Assembly: GCF_036321535.1 (NCBI RefSeq)
Contig: NC_087436.1
Coordinates: 69,070,001 to 69,134,000 of the forward strand
Length of the DNA stretch: 64,000 bases
Source: Camelus dromedarius
Taxonomy: Eukaryota
Direction: 5' to 3'
Position 1 is the stretch's first letter, and each line of letters begins with the position of its first letter. The position numbers were made by a program, and so were the translations under genes. The notes below the pieces were generated by a model. It was not told the DNA's origin and did no database searches. It was given only the letters and a program-made list of their open reading frames with translations. Shown here one piece after another: positions 12,644 to 26,456 of this stretch.

Positions 12644-15082
12644 TTTTTTTAAGGTTTTTAAAATTTTCCTACAATTTTCCAGAACTTCACAAAGGCATGA
12701 TAACTCAAAAGAGCCAGCAAAACTCTCACAAAATTAAAAAACAGAGAAGAGATGGCGAAATCTTAGACTATCAAGTTAAAAAAGAAAATATCTAGAAAGA
12801 AAAGACAGATTCCTTACAGGATATTAAAAAACAGACTTTTTATCAGCATCCTGCTCACAGTGAAAGAACTGAGCAAAATTCTGAGTGAAAAAAACTTTGA
12901 ACCTGAAATTCTACACCTAGCCCAATTATCAAGTAAACAGAGCCATTTTCAGAGAAAACGGTAACTGAGAATTTGACGATCTTGTTTTCCAATTCTGTAT
13001 GGATTTAATTCAACATTAAATGTGTGAATAAGTCTTAGCCACATTTCAGATACAGCATATGACTGATCCTACCCGTAGGCCTCCTGCCAATTGCCTGCTA
13101 TGCATGAATGTATTCAGTTGTTTCTCTGCAACTGAATTCATTCTTTGGAAGCTACACTGTTTGTCCCTTTGACTAATACACTTATTTTCTACCCGTTCCC
13201 CTGTGCTTCCCCTCTACCTTACAAAGAATGATCTAAATTTTAAATTTACCTGAAGGCTAATGTCTCTGGCCTGAATCTCCTGTCTCTAAAGTCCATCTGT
13301 CCACAACGTCACATGTCTGCCAGACTTGAGTCACAGCCTCTCCCAATCTGGTTCATTCAAATACCACTTAAATCTTGGTTAGAGTAGATTGAAACTTTTA
13401 GTAAACTTTTAGTAACATGCAAGATTATATGTTCTTTTAAAGTTTTAGGCTATAATGTGTCAATAATAAATCAGCAGAAATACAAGAGTCATCTTATCCT
13501 CTTTAAATTTAAATCCTAGCCTTGCCATTTACTAGTTGTGTGACCCAGGGCAAGCTTTACTAAACCTGTTTTTATATAATGAGGAGAATACCTTTTTTTA
13601 CCCCAGGGTTATTGTGCAGAACAAATGACATAATATATTTAAGGGACCAAGCAACACTTTATGTCAGTAAATGTGAATTTTCTCCACTTCCTCCCTCTTA
13701 ACAGCAATGCAGATTCTGCTAATAGAGAAATGTGAATTTATTTAACCTTGAAAAATAATTTGAGAAATAGAAATTAAAATGTATTTTTCCAGTCCATGAA
13801 TAAAGAAAAGTTAAAAATGAGTTGAATACACAGGATGATATTTTAATTTACCTACGTTGCCACCTGTGAATGCCCATTTAAATTTGAATTATCAATTATC
13901 TGAGCATGCAAAATACATAAAGTGCCCCCAATATATTTATACATGTTAGGAATATGATATATTTGTGTAACTAAAGTATATAACCAAAAACCTTGTTTGT
14001 AAATTCACAATGAGAAATACTGTCAATCTAGTCAAGTAGGACGTATTTTTTGATTTGGCCTGACCAGCACATTCTCTTCTGGGAGGCAAATCTCTTGGAA
14101 AAATCAAACTATCAGAATATTGTCTAGTGAGCATGAAGTCAGACCAAAAGGCATTCGTTACATAATTCCAGCACTCCTGATGCTTTCTCCCCACAGTGAA
14201 TATCTGTGGCTGGGTATCCAAAACTAGAAGGTGGCACTCACTTTCTCCTCAGCATGATGTGGTTGTTTTACTACGAGTGGTAGACTTTGGGATTCTGCTT
14301 GTTTCTGCTTCTGTGACTGAACTGTTCTTTCTTTAAATTTGTTTTGCCTTCAGTCGAAGTTCTAGAACTATCTTGTGAAGAGTGATCTTTAAATTTTGTA
14401 GCAGGAGAAACTTCCAGTGAGAAGGTAGCACACAGTTTTCTACACTCTGTTGTGGGAATTGGGTGGGTCCTTTTACACATGCACACAAGTTGTTTCCATT
14501 ATTCCTGAGGATAGTCCTGAATGTGGAGAAGTAGCCCCTAAGCAGAGGTCTGACGTTGGGCTTAAGTGTTCTGCTCAGTAATATAAATTTGGTTTACTAG
14601 CAAGACTCTACATGAAACATGTTGTACACCATAAACTGACACAACATTGTAAACTGACTATACTTCAATAAAAAAGGAAGAAAGGAAAAAAAAAAGACTG
14701 CTCCACAGAGCTGAAGACAGTTTCACTTAATTCTGGATTTATTCTATTCTCTACCTGAAAATAACTATTTTGTTCTTAAAAGTTGTGTTTATATATATGT
14801 TTTTGTTCCAGAATTCACTCCCAGGAGATAGGTGATGAAATCATATTATATGTGCAGTTGCAATTTTTCTTTGCGTCCCCTTGAAGGCAAGACTGAAAAC
14901 AAACTGTACTGAATTTGGTCCAGTGACATCTGGTCTCTAATGTAACTCTTTCCCATAAAGTGTTATTTGAGATGGAGTTGGGCGAATCACTGTGACTGTT
15001 TTGGCTCGTTGAAGCCAGACCCCATTAGTGGAAAGGATGCCAGTTATCCCCTGATAAGAATGAAATTCTCACTCACAAGCAC

Positions 15083-15087
15083 TGTGT

Positions 15088-15140
<53 letters not shown>

Positions 15141-15157
15141 TGTGTGTGTGTGTGTGT
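15083..15157. repeat. (TG)n microsatellite
   Basis: About 75 nt of near-pure TG repeat. Confidence 0.97.
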
Positions 15158-15299
15158 TGGTGCATGCCACAGGAAGTCTGATGGTTGTTATTCAGGGACT
15201 TGGAAGTGTAGTTGGGCTTTGGATTCTAAGAGTAGCTACTTGTGCTAGCAGCTCTTAGTCAATGATTATAAACTAGTGACTGACAGTCCCATTGTGTTC

Positions 15300-15650
15300 T
15301 GTAAAAGTGTTTGACTTGGCCAAGGCAGTGTCATTTTAAAAAAAAAAATCAAGTGCCAGTGTTGAAAAATAAGCTTTCACTTAAAAATATAAGTTTCAGA
15401 TTTTTCTTGCAAAATCAGATCTGGCAAAACTAAGTCTTTGTTCTCACAGGTCAACAATCAGTTGGCTTTAAAAAGTAGCTTCTCGTTTTAAATGGGGCAC
15501 GTGCTAGCCAGTTCACCATCACTCTCACATGGCCTGTTATTTCCTGATACTGCAGCCAAAGATCATAGCCACTTTTCTTATACCACACAGACTTCATACA
15601 TTTCCATGACCAGCCAGACCTCAGTTGACATTTGAGTTTGCAACAGCTAT
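15300..15650. mobile_element. hAT-Charlie MER102-like element
   Basis: aaaatcagatctggcaa...gacatttgagtttgcaac terminus. Boundaries approximate. Confidence 0.55.
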
Positions 15651-16873
15651 GACACCCAAACCTTGTGAAGGTCCTTGCAGGGTCTCAACCATCTTATAGA
15701 GAATTACAGGAACAGCGTCCCCTCCCAGGAGCTGGGCAGCTAGAGGCAGAGTGGCAGTCTGATAAACATCACTGACACCAAAAGTAATGAACATCTCCTT
15801 GGCCAGCAGGATGGGAAAGCTTCAGGGAGGGACCAGACTGCAGCAAAGCTCCTAGCCACATGCGAGGCAGTAATTTGGAACCTCTCCAGTGTGGGAGGTA
15901 AGCAGGTGCCAATCTCTGGCAAGCAGGTAGACTTGCCCAGAATTATCTAGACACAGAAATAAAAGGTAACTCCCATTTGTAGTGACAAGCTGATCAAGCT
16001 GGAGACATATGTCTTGCACAAGTTCTGGTTGTGGGGGTGGTCATCTCACAGTCTCTTCACATTTACCTAAAACCACTTTCTCACTTGTTTTTAACTCACT
16101 TGTCTTACCTGCTGAAAAGGCATGTTGCCAGGCTCTGGCTTTAAATAGAGCAGAAATGAAACACTTTTTCTTTGGAGTCAGTAAATGGAAAAAATTAAAG
16201 CAGTGACATGTTTTTTAATAGCTACATGTCACTGAGTCAGATGTGGGTTACAGCTTCTCACAGAGAACACATCTTAAAGCTTATACTTTCCTCTGTTGTC
16301 ATGAATGTTTAACCCATATGACTGTTTTGCACACATGTATAATAGAATTGTACAGAAGAGAATTCTCTATGTTAAAGAATTGACAATATGTAAGTGTGAG
16401 TGGTTGTATTTGCGTTAGGAAGGATCTGCTGCCCTGCAGCTTAAGATTGAGAATTTTGACAGGAGTTGAACTATCTGGATTGGATGTAGTGTGGAAGTGG
16501 GGTGGGTACCTTCCGTTTGGAAGGAACTGCATGCACACAAGAGGTGAAGCTCCAGCTGATCATCATTATGCAAGGAGACTTGGTATTTTAGTTTTGCTGG
16601 AGAGTCACAAGAGAGTCATTTGTGAACTCAAGCTGTGCAATGTCACAGAGATTTCAAAGTGTCAGAAAAGAACACAAGAAGGATATTGAGGCTTTTGTGT
16701 GTTGGGTTATTTTTAACAAATCCATTCTACTTATGTGAATAAATTTTAATTAACTTCATAATTATGAAAAGTACCTATTTCAGAAGGTTCACTGATTATA
16801 AATTTTGTATAATCTATGTAGTATGTTGTAAATGAAAGTGAAACAAGTGCCTTTTTAAGTATAATCCGAGACT

Positions 16874-17004
16874 GGGATGGGGGAGCGGATAGCTCATTGG
16901 TAGAATGCATGCTTAGCATGTGCAAGGTCCTAGGTTCAATCCCCAGTACCTCCATTACAAATCAATCAATCAATCAATCAAATTACCACCCCCCTAAAAA
17001 AAAA
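16874..17004 (+). mobile_element. tRNA-Ala-derived SINE (vic-1-like) with TSD
   Basis: tRNA-Ala head, (aatc)n, C-run, A tail. Flanks aatccgagac / aatccaagac. Confidence 0.9.
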
Positions 17005-18571
17005 TCCAAGACCATAAATGCTGGAAAATAGGGAGTGTCCATGTGCAACTTTACAAAATATTGCCAAATTGCTCCTCAATGTAGTTTACCAATTTACACT
17101 CCCATCAGCAGTCTGTGGGAGATCCTATGTCCAGCCATGGTTATTTCTGTCATTATATCTCAAGTACCTAGCACAATGCTTAATTATACCTAGTATAATG
17201 CTTATAGCAGAAGTGTAAGTGATGTTTGACAAGTGAATGAATGAATGAGGACCATGATTTGTTTACCAGTGAGACAGTCCAAAATACAGGTCCAGCACCA
17301 GCTCCAACTAAAGGGAAGCAGGGGCAGAGCCAGCATTACACAATGGGTCTGCTCAGAGAAGCAAAGTAGAAGACACTACCTGAAAAGAATAATGGCAAGG
17401 AAACAAATCCCAGGTGAGAAAAATGTAACAGAAGATGGGTAAGACATGGCAAGGAGGCAGTATGTCAGCAGGCAATATGCAGACGTCCAGGCAGCAGTCT
17501 GACTGTCTCAGCAAATTCTCACCTAGTGGGAACCTTAACTCTGAAGGCAAGACCCCAGTTTCTGGAAGGTAGTGTCAGAGAAACTTTGTCTTTTATGGGG
17601 AGAAAGACAGTAGGAGATGCAAAGGACTTTAAGGACGATGGGACATTGAGTAGAAACTAGGGAAAATACCATAGCTAGAAATCAGAATGGATCTATCAGA
17701 CCACCTATGCCTTTAATCTCAGCCCTAGACCCACAGTTTTCTTAGATGTCAATGTATTTGTGGCTGTGGTTCAAGATCCACAGCGTCAATCCTAAAGAGA
17801 TTTCTTTCCTGTTCATAATTCATTTCACCCTGACCACCTCCTCACTGATGGCCATTATTTGTATCTCATTCTTTCTGTCTAGTCTTTCCTGCTCTGCAAG
17901 TCAGTTATTTACTCCTGGTTGTCATCCTTTAATACCAAATCGTGGCTTCCCAAATTTAGCTCAGTCCACTGATGTGATTATTCCAAGGTAATCTGCTAGT
18001 ATTGACTCTTCTCCTCACACATTTTACTTAGTCTGTTGGATGTTTCTACTGTACCATCTTCCTTATACTGCTCCTTCAGGATGGGCCATTTTCCAGTACA
18101 GTGGAGGAGGAAAGGGGAACAAAATGATGATCAGATATTGACTATAATAATTACTGCATCAAGGAATTCTAAATTTACTTAAAGTTCTGAGAGAAAGAAT
18201 ACCTACAGTAGTAGCTCAACGTTCATTAACTCCAACGGTGCTAGAATTCTGTATTCCAAAGAAGTAGGGACACAGTATCAGGAACTCAGTGCACAGTCAT
18301 GGCACATTATGATGGTGGAATAATGCAAATGATAATATTATCTCCAGTCTTCCATCTTTGTCCATGTTTCCTATAGGGACATAATATAACACTGTGTCTT
18401 TGTGATCCCTGAGTCTTCCTATACACTGAAGAGATAGGGTTAAATTTTATAAATTCATTAGATCACATTAATTTTGAATTTGAGGGTTAAAACTTTCAAA
18501 GCGTGTGTAATGGAGAACCATATTTAGTAGATACATAAATATCAGTTAATGAAGGGAGAAATTGTACTTAC

Positions 18572-18583
18572 CTCTGAAAGCAT
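18572..18583 (-). CDS. Candidate short first coding exon of TMPRSS11E
   Basis: Minus strand reads taataaaa...gttcaagaccctcagttaatcagcaATGCTTTCAGAG|gtaagtac: TATA-like box, gcaATG context and consensus donor. Short ATG exons are typical of TMPRSS11 genes. Resemblance to the recalled human 5' end is weak. Confidence 0.45.
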
Positions 18584-20129
18584 TGCTGATTAACTGAGGG
18601 TCTTGAACTTCAGCTATACTCAGAGATGTGGATTTTATTAGTCTAGTGTAAGACGGAACAGTATGAACTCTTTCATGAATTTCCGTAAATCAGTAGTATT
18701 CTCTGCTTTCATTCCTTTCCCAGCACTCATGAGGCACATCTGAAACACTGGGCAAGCATTTTGTACCACCAATACAGTGTAACAAATCTCAAAACATTAA
18801 GTGCATAACATGCATAATTAAATTGAGGATTTCTGATCAGCCCTACTCTACAAAATCCAAGCTCACGCCTACTACCATGGCAGTAGGTTCTGTTTGGGAT
18901 TTAGGCTTCACAGTCCCTCCTCAGTCTGTAGAGTCTGTGAGATGGGTCCCATCATGATGTCAACAAGTATCTCTTTAGTAGGCTACATTTTCCATCCATT
19001 TCACTGTGAGGATTCAATGAGATTTAAAGGATGGTACAGAACTCAGCACAGAGTAAGCTACTGGTTCATTCATTTATTTGTGCAACAAATATTTATTCCT
19101 AGAAGTATTCCAAATAGGGGGCCTAACACTATGGTCTTGTGTTTTAACTCAATCTAGAGTATGGGATATACCCATCCTAAAAATTTATATACAAGCATAT
19201 GGATATGCAGATCTATCTATATTGAGGGAGGGAGACAGAGAATATATATATTCTTCTTAGTTAGGACTAGAATATTTTGTAACTACATAGCCTTGCCCTG
19301 GGATATCTTAGAAATAACTTGAAGGAAAAGAAAGAAGAAATATGGGGAGGAGGAAAAAGTGAGAAAATGTAGGAGGAAGAGGAGGGCAAGGAGGAGAAAA
19401 CATTAATCCAATGATACTTCAAATGATTCCTTTCTATTTTTATTTTATGTTATCTGTGTTTTTTAAACTAATTGATGTACATTCTAATTTTTTTATTCTT
19501 TTTCTTTTCATCTTCTCAAATTTTTCCCATTAGTATGTATAACTTTAGAGAGTATGCAAAAAAAAAAAAAAACTAGTGGAAAAACTGAAGACAGAAGGAA
19601 CAAGACAACTTTTTGAGGCTATCAGTTCTCACCAGCCCATTTGGGCCCTTGAATAGACTTGGTGTACAGGCCTGGAATGGCCACCCTCTTTGGCAAGCTG
19701 ACCTTGGCAGCTGATGTGTGGGCTGCTGCCTGAGGCACAGGTATTATGAGGTAATTACAACAGGTAAAATTAAGTGAAGGTGATGACAGCCAAGAAATAA
19801 AAAACCCTCTCAGGATAGTTTTAATCCAGTAAAAAACGAGTAGGATGACTGGGAATCATTGCAGTCAGTGGCAAGATGTCCTTTGCTCTCAAATCAACCA
19901 CAGTTAGGAACCAGGCAAATAGTAAGTCTCATCCGAAGAAAACAAATAAGCAATTCAAGACAGCTTCATCTGAAAACTCTCTCACCCGTGCACTATTTAT
20001 TTATTAATTTACATCCTTATCTGGGTTTTAAAATAATTTGATATCTCTTATTTCCACTGTAAAGGGATGTGCATTAATAATATATGCCTTGTCCTCCCCT
20101 TTTTTGAAAAGCAGTATAGCAATGTTTTT

Positions 20130-20234
20130 TTCTTACATATATATACATATATATATATATACACACACACACATGTTTTCAGATTCTTTTATATTATAGC
20201 TTATTACAAGAAGTTGAATATAGTTCCCTGTGAT
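20130..20234 (-). mobile_element. Very short L1 3'UTR insertion with 16-bp TSD
   Basis: gtatagcaatgttttt at 20114-20129 and 20235-20250 flanks L1 3'UTR text (ttattacaag...gaatatagttccctgtg). Confidence 0.8.
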
Positions 20235-23200
20235 GTATAGCAATGTTTTTAATGGATTAGTTGCCAGATAGTCCTGACATATCCACGTATGCCCAAACTC
20301 TCATTAAGCACGACAAATGCGGAATGATATATAAAAGCTAACTTTGGCAAAAGTCCTGACATGTGGCGTGTGCCCTTACAGGAAACTTGCCTGATATAGC
20401 ACGTTTGCAGCTAGAGACTTTGTCTTAAGAAAAGTACTGTAAGTACATATATTTTGCTATTTCTCTGAAAAGTGATTTGAAACTATTTGTTTAGATCACA
20501 CGATGGAGGCTTGTATCCAGAGAGGTATGTCAAAGTAAATTATGCATTACAAAGATTTGCCAAAAGAATAAATCATTTTTCTTGGGCCAGCCTCTAAGCT
20601 TAAGGTTTCTCTCTCACTCTGTAGAAAGATAAATATTACAAGGTAAAAGGGACTATATACTTTCTATAAAGCCTATGTACAGTCTTCCTAGAAGACAAAG
20701 CAGAGTCATTTGGGGGGAATCTTTCTATAACCTTTTAAATATTAGATACATAAAATGTACATACTTAAGCTAAATTATGGCCAGTGTTCAAATTCAAAAA
20801 ATAAGGGAGAAATAATCAGTAAGATTTGTGACATGCTTTTTTTCTGCCTCTTACTCTCAAAATTAATTAAATTTTCCATTGGTTAGACATTTCAGTTCCA
20901 TAATTGTTTTAGTACTGAAAAATGATTATCTATAAGACCTTATGCTAAAAGGTAACATAGAAAATGCAAAGACAATAAATAAACAGATGTCTTTCCTTAT
21001 AAGCTAGCACTTGAAAGTTGGAGTTTCTACAAATACTGCAAACCAGAGTCATAGACTTTTCTTATTAACATCTTTCATGGAGGGGGTATTGGGGAAATCC
21101 TTAGCTTAAACCATTTGAGTATTACAAAAAAGGCATGATTCTCCACTTAAGCAAAATTTAATTTTCAATGGAAACAATGAAATCTGCTTAATCCTGATTA
21201 CCACTGGACAGTTTTTTGTTTTTAAAAAGATGTTGTTTAAGAATCCGAAACCATCAGAAGCAGAAAAACAGAATGGACTGATTCCTGTAGAAAAGTTGGT
21301 ATCTTGCCAAGCTTGCTTTTCTTAAAAGGAAATAAATTTCCTCTACTTCTGTAAATGACATTTAGGGCAAAAGGTTAGCAAATAAGTCCCCTAAACCTTG
21401 AGCTCATAGCCAGCCTCTAGTTTTCCATTTCTGGTATTAAATTCCTCATCCTAAAAACCACACGTATGTTCATAGTTGTTGGTTGATTACTAGAAGATTG
21501 GGAGAAAATCCTTCCTCCTATTTTCAGAACTCCTCAGTTCTGGGATTATTGTTTCTCCACCCTCTCACTTCTTTTCTACCTGATGTCAAGGCCAAATGCT
21601 TTCCAGCTGGAGGCCTCTTTTCATGTCCTCATAATACCAGGGAGAGATTCCCTCTTATTCAGATCTCAAGATGACAAGAACGAAGACAGAACCCATGATG
21701 ACCCAACTCTATTGCAATTCAAAAGCAGAAAGACAGTTGGGTCAAGAGGGAAAACAGCATCCTACCTTCAGCTGCACTTTGCAGGGAGGCAGAAGTGTGG
21801 AGCCCGCAGAAGAGCACCTTGCCCATGTAAGCAAAGCTGATGCGTGCGCACTCCACAGCTCAGGAGCCTCTGCACCCAACATCTTCCAGGACACCCATGT
21901 TTATAGCTATAGCAATTGCACTATGTCAGAAAGGGTTATTCCACTGTCACAGTTCCTTAAGGGCCAGTCTTGTTACAAGAAAATGTCAGCTTGGATTTTT
22001 TTTTTCCACCTTTATTGAGATGTAATTTTTATCTTGCATAACGATAAATAAGGAACACTGCACAAATGTATGTGTCACTCTTGACAGAGGTCAAGCTAAT
22101 TTCTCTTTATGGTTCCAATTTTAGTATATTTGCTGTGAAAACAAGCACGAGGCTTTATTGGATATTTATTTGGGGTGTTTGTATTTTTTAATTATTATTT
22201 TGATATTATTTAGATCTGAAAAGTCATCAAAGCCCAGATTAATACATACACAGTAAAACAAACAAAAAAAATACACAGTAATATGAGTGGATATCTCTAC
22301 ATGATCTAGATTATTTTTAAACTTCTTCTTGATTATCAATGTTGTCTGAAGTTTCTGTAATGAGCATTTATTTACTATTTATAGGTTAAGAACAAACATA
22401 AAATTTCTTTTTCCTACAAAAAATGATTATCTCATATTAAGTGATTTTTCTTCTTTCTATTTTAATGCATTTTTTTCAAATGTTTACAATAAACATATAT
22501 AATAAGAAAAAGTAGTCATTATTTTATTTCTAAAGAGACCTTGGTGAGGAAATTGTTTATTTTTTTGCCTGAGTGCTGGGAGCATACAAAGATGGAATTT
22601 AGGAGACCAGCACAATAAAAAGGCTTAAGTACTCTATAAAAAATGATGAGTCAGCAAAGGCAAAAGTGCTGTCTCACTGTATAGAAAGATGTTCTCGCCC
22701 CAGCTGGGTGAGCTTTGGTTCAGACTTAGGCAAATTCACCTCTGCTACTAAAGTGAGCTGGTATACCATGTCCTACTCTCCACCTGGCCAGAAAGATAAA
22801 CAGCTAGAAAGAGTCTGAAATGGAAAGAGCAAGCCCAGCTTATTCAGTGTCAAATACTATTTGATGAACTGTTTGATCATTTATATAATGTCAATTTGAC
22901 TTAGAAATTAAGGTAAAGGGCCCAGAAATAACGAAATTTGCAGGCTCTACATAACCAAAATGTGCAAGTAACTTCATCTCTTGGACCAAATGCCTTTTTC
23001 TAGTAAAAATCAGTATTTTCTGTGGTCTTTCTCAATTCTAATAGTCTATCAATTGTGTTGTTTCATAATAAATGAATTTGCATATATGCAGGAAATTCCT
23101 GTCTTCTAATTTCATTTTGGGAAATATTTGACAAAAGTGAAATTAATAGAGAAAAAATTGTCGGTGACTAGTTATCATTTAAAGACACAATAAAGCATCT

Positions 23201-24066
23201 TCAAGAAGGTAATTTTAGCTGTGGTTCTTAAAAGAAAAATTCTTTAATGTCCACTCAAAATACTGCATGATGTTCTTTTTGGGGGAAAACCTCAAAATAG
23301 GCAGCATACAGCTAAGGCAGCAACCCGTACAAATCCTCTTAATTTTGTTCTGAATTGCCAAGCCAGTAGCATGATGTTGATGAAATCTTCAAACTTTCCT
23401 GTTGATGCTGACATAACAACATGCAAACATTTTAACAATGTGCACATTAATAACTGTGTTCATCTGAACAGTTTCTCTAGGAGTTTGCCTACTAATCTTA
23501 CCACTCACTTAAGCAATTGTGAAACTGTTAATGTGTGTAGTAATTTTTTAAAAGCTTCAAGAGAGTAATTATAATGTAAGGCTGGGTGGATGCATATAAT
23601 TTGGTATTTTTAACTCAGAGATCCCCATCTAGAAACTTCCTGACAATGAAACTTTGTCAGAGAGAAATGCTGGTATACATACAGGAGAGACTACAATGCC
23701 TGGAGAAAAGAGGGTGTAATCACCCAAAAAGAAGTGGGTGGTGCTTTGATTGCAAAGCCCTTGGGCAAATGCCCAAAACTGGTGTTTCTCTTCAGCTTTC
23801 TTCTGTTTGCTTGCAGCGTTCTAAATGCTGGGCAGAGCCATTCACAGTAAAGTCTGAAATTTTGAAAATCCTTGGGAATGAAATGGAAATATTAACAGTT
23901 TCTCATTTTCAAAGAGCAAAGAATTTTGTTTATAGATAAGAAGCAGTCATTTTTCAGTGGATTTGCAAATGCCTTCATTCTTATCTGGAAAAGGCTTCTT
24001 AGAAATTGTTTGATCTTTTGTACTCTTTTAGCTAAATGAGTCAGTTGAAAGTTGATGTGTGATTTA

Positions 24067-24616
24067 TGTTGTGAGACACAGTGGATCAGCTGGTGGGTGA
24101 CATGGTGACGCATGGGTTGGTAAAAGAATTTACCAGAGATAAAGTATGGGAATAGAAAAAGAGTTTATTAGGGATACTCTGCTATAGATAACAGAGGGCC
24201 ACACAGGTGGCGGGGGGGGGTGACTGTGTGAGCACAGGTGTGAAGAACAAGGGAAAGTTTCAACAGTTACACTCCTGTAGAAGATGGTGGCCCACACAGG
24301 TGAGAGGGGCCTGTGTGAGCGCCCAGGGCTGGTTGGTGGCGTTTTATAAGGCAGGATCACAAGGTGCCTGATCAGCTTGTGCACAAGTCTCTAATTGCTT
24401 GTAGGTGAGGTAAAAGATTTAGGGTTCTACTGTAAAGGGCGGTGGGATTCATGACTCTGATAAGGTGGGCTGAAACCAATAGCCAACCTGAGCTATTATA
24501 AGATTAGGCATTACCTGGTGCTATTAGTCTGTTAGGGGCAACATGCCCAGTAAAGAATGTCTGAGAGCCCAGAAATGGGGGTCATAGGACTTTGAAGGAC
24601 ATCAGTTGGCCCAACA
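24067..24616 (-). mobile_element. Intact solo ERV LTR (550 bp)
   Basis: TG...CA termini and 5-bp TSD attta (24062-24066 / 24617-24621). Minus-strand TATA (~24342) and AATAAA (~24164). Confidence 0.85.
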
Positions 24617-24666
24617 ATTTAGATATCTTTTCTGCTGCCATTGGAGCTAATGCTGTTGACTCATTT

Positions 24667-25302
24667 TGTTGCTGAACACAATTTTATGTGCCTGATGTAC
24701 ACTGAGTACAAATAAATGGAAACATCAGAGTTTGGATCAGAGAAAGGTTTATTGCAAGGGCCATGCAAAGAGAACGGGTAGCCCATGCTCAAAAGACATA
24801 AACTCTCCTATGGTTTTGGGGGAAAAGTATTTTTGGCAAAATTTAAGGTGAGGGCTGCAGGGTGTGTGACTTTCTTCTGCTTGGTTGGTGGTGAGGCAAC
24901 AGGGTGGTGTTCCAGGAATCTCAATCATCAGCCCTCTGGTTGCAAACAGTGTGGGGTCTCAGTATGTAGTAGTTACCATCCTACACCTCGGCAGGAGCCT
25001 TAGTTCAGGTAGAAGAACTCAAAGATACATTGTTATGTATATTCCTTGAGGAGGAACTAGAACCCTGCTTTATTGCTTCACCACTGTTTCTTGACTATTC
25101 CTCTTTTGTTTCTTCATTTCTTCATTTCCCTGATTAGCAACTGTTTGAATCTGCCCTTTGGAACTCTGGGAAGGTCTAGGAGGCTGAAGCCTTTTTCTTA
25201 CAAACAAGAAGAAAGGGAGACCGGGAGGCAGAGGGGGTGGTGGTGGGGCACTGGAAAGTCTTTTGTACCCTGGAGGGTCCTACAGGGTCCTACCTGGTTT
25301 CA
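24667..25302 (-). mobile_element. Solo ERV1 LTR
   Basis: Minus strand tgaaaccagg...cagcaaca; 4-bp TSD attt; AATAAA near 24748. Confidence 0.85.
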
Positions 25303-25382
25303 ATTTCTAAGAAAACACTGTAAAACCATCAGGTGAGGAACCACTAGTTGTTACTACTAAGTTGAGCAAGTTTTAAAACTAG

Positions 25383-25857
25383 TGTTGACTGACATAAATG
25401 CTCAGCCTAAAAGTTGAGAGTTATGTTTTATTTGGCAGGAGGACTGGAGCTGGGATGATAGCCTCTCAGATCACTCTGAGGATCTTCTCCGAAGAGGTAG
25501 GGGAGGAGCTAGGATATATAGGAGCTTTACAACAAAGACCAGGTAGTTGTAACAATAAAGATTACTTGTTATCTGAAGAAAACCAGGCATCTCAAGTTAA
25601 AGAATTTAGTGCTTTTCTGTGTATGGGAGGAGGCAAACATTTGGGCTCAGTGAATTCATTCCTTTGACAAGCACCTAGCTATCTAGGGCCAGTGTCCTGT
25701 CCTTTCTTATTCTGAGTCCCCTCAGGGTGCACCATTGTGAGTGGCTACAGAGGCTGGGCTGCAGGCTTATCTTCAGTGGGGGGTGGCAGCAGCTGCTGAT
25801 GACTTGGTTTCAGCATTCTTTGTTTACTGATACGGTTTGTAGTATTTTTTGTTCACA
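25383..25857 (-). mobile_element. MER41-like (artiodactyl MER41_BT-type) LTR
   Basis: Matches the recalled MER41_BT ends (aataaaacataactctcaacttttagg...cagtcaaca; gcaccctgagggga). Confidence 0.75.
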
Positions 25858-25860
25858 ATA

Positions 25861-26183
25861 TGTAACAGTGTATCTTTGAGATCTTCTGTAGGAACTAAGG
25901 CCCCCACCAAGCTGGATGATGGTAACTTTAGGCTGAGTATCAGAGTCCTGGAACACTGTTACCTCACCATCAACCAGTCAGAAGAAAGTCGTATACTCTG
26001 CAGGTCTTCCCCACAAATTTTGCCTATAAAAATCTTCCCCATAGGAGAGTTCAGGTCTGTTGAGCATGAGCCACTCATTCTCTGTGCATGGCTCTGCGAT
26101 AAACCTTTCTCTGCTTCAAACTCTGACGTCTGGTTTGTTTGGCCTCCCTGTGGGTCAGGCACATGAACTTGGGTTGAGCAACA
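25861..26183 (+). mobile_element. ERV1 LTR, internally deleted; U5 related to the 24667 LTR
   Basis: tgtaaca...ataaacctttctctg...caaactctga...gagcaaca. Confidence 0.7.
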
Positions 26184-26456
26184 GATTCTTCTGCTATAAT
26201 CATACATATAGTTTTACTATGTGCTAGACATTTTTCTTGGTTCTTTAGATACATTAACACAAACTTCAAAGTAACTCTGTCAGGAAGGTTCTATTATTAT
26301 CCCCATTGAGTAAATAATGTTAACTCTTCAAAGGTCATGCACCCAGTAAATAGCTGGTTTGGAACCCAGGCAATTTGGATTAAAAGCCTATGCTCTTAGA
26401 CACTATGCTAACTATTTCACTGGATTATAACTGTCTCTTTACATGTCTAGGTCATT

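Noticed and set aside
13310..13335. p63-like half-sites next to AP-1 TGAGTCA (similar at ~16204-16240)
   Set aside because: Imperfect spacing; such short motifs are expected by chance in 64 kb without conservation data.
14967..15248. VC-repeat ORF
   Set aside because: Translation of a TG microsatellite.
23330..23480. Minus-strand NIMLLAWQFR resembling SEA-domain AHMLLICRF
   Set aside because: Only a few residues match, with no supporting splice sites or position.
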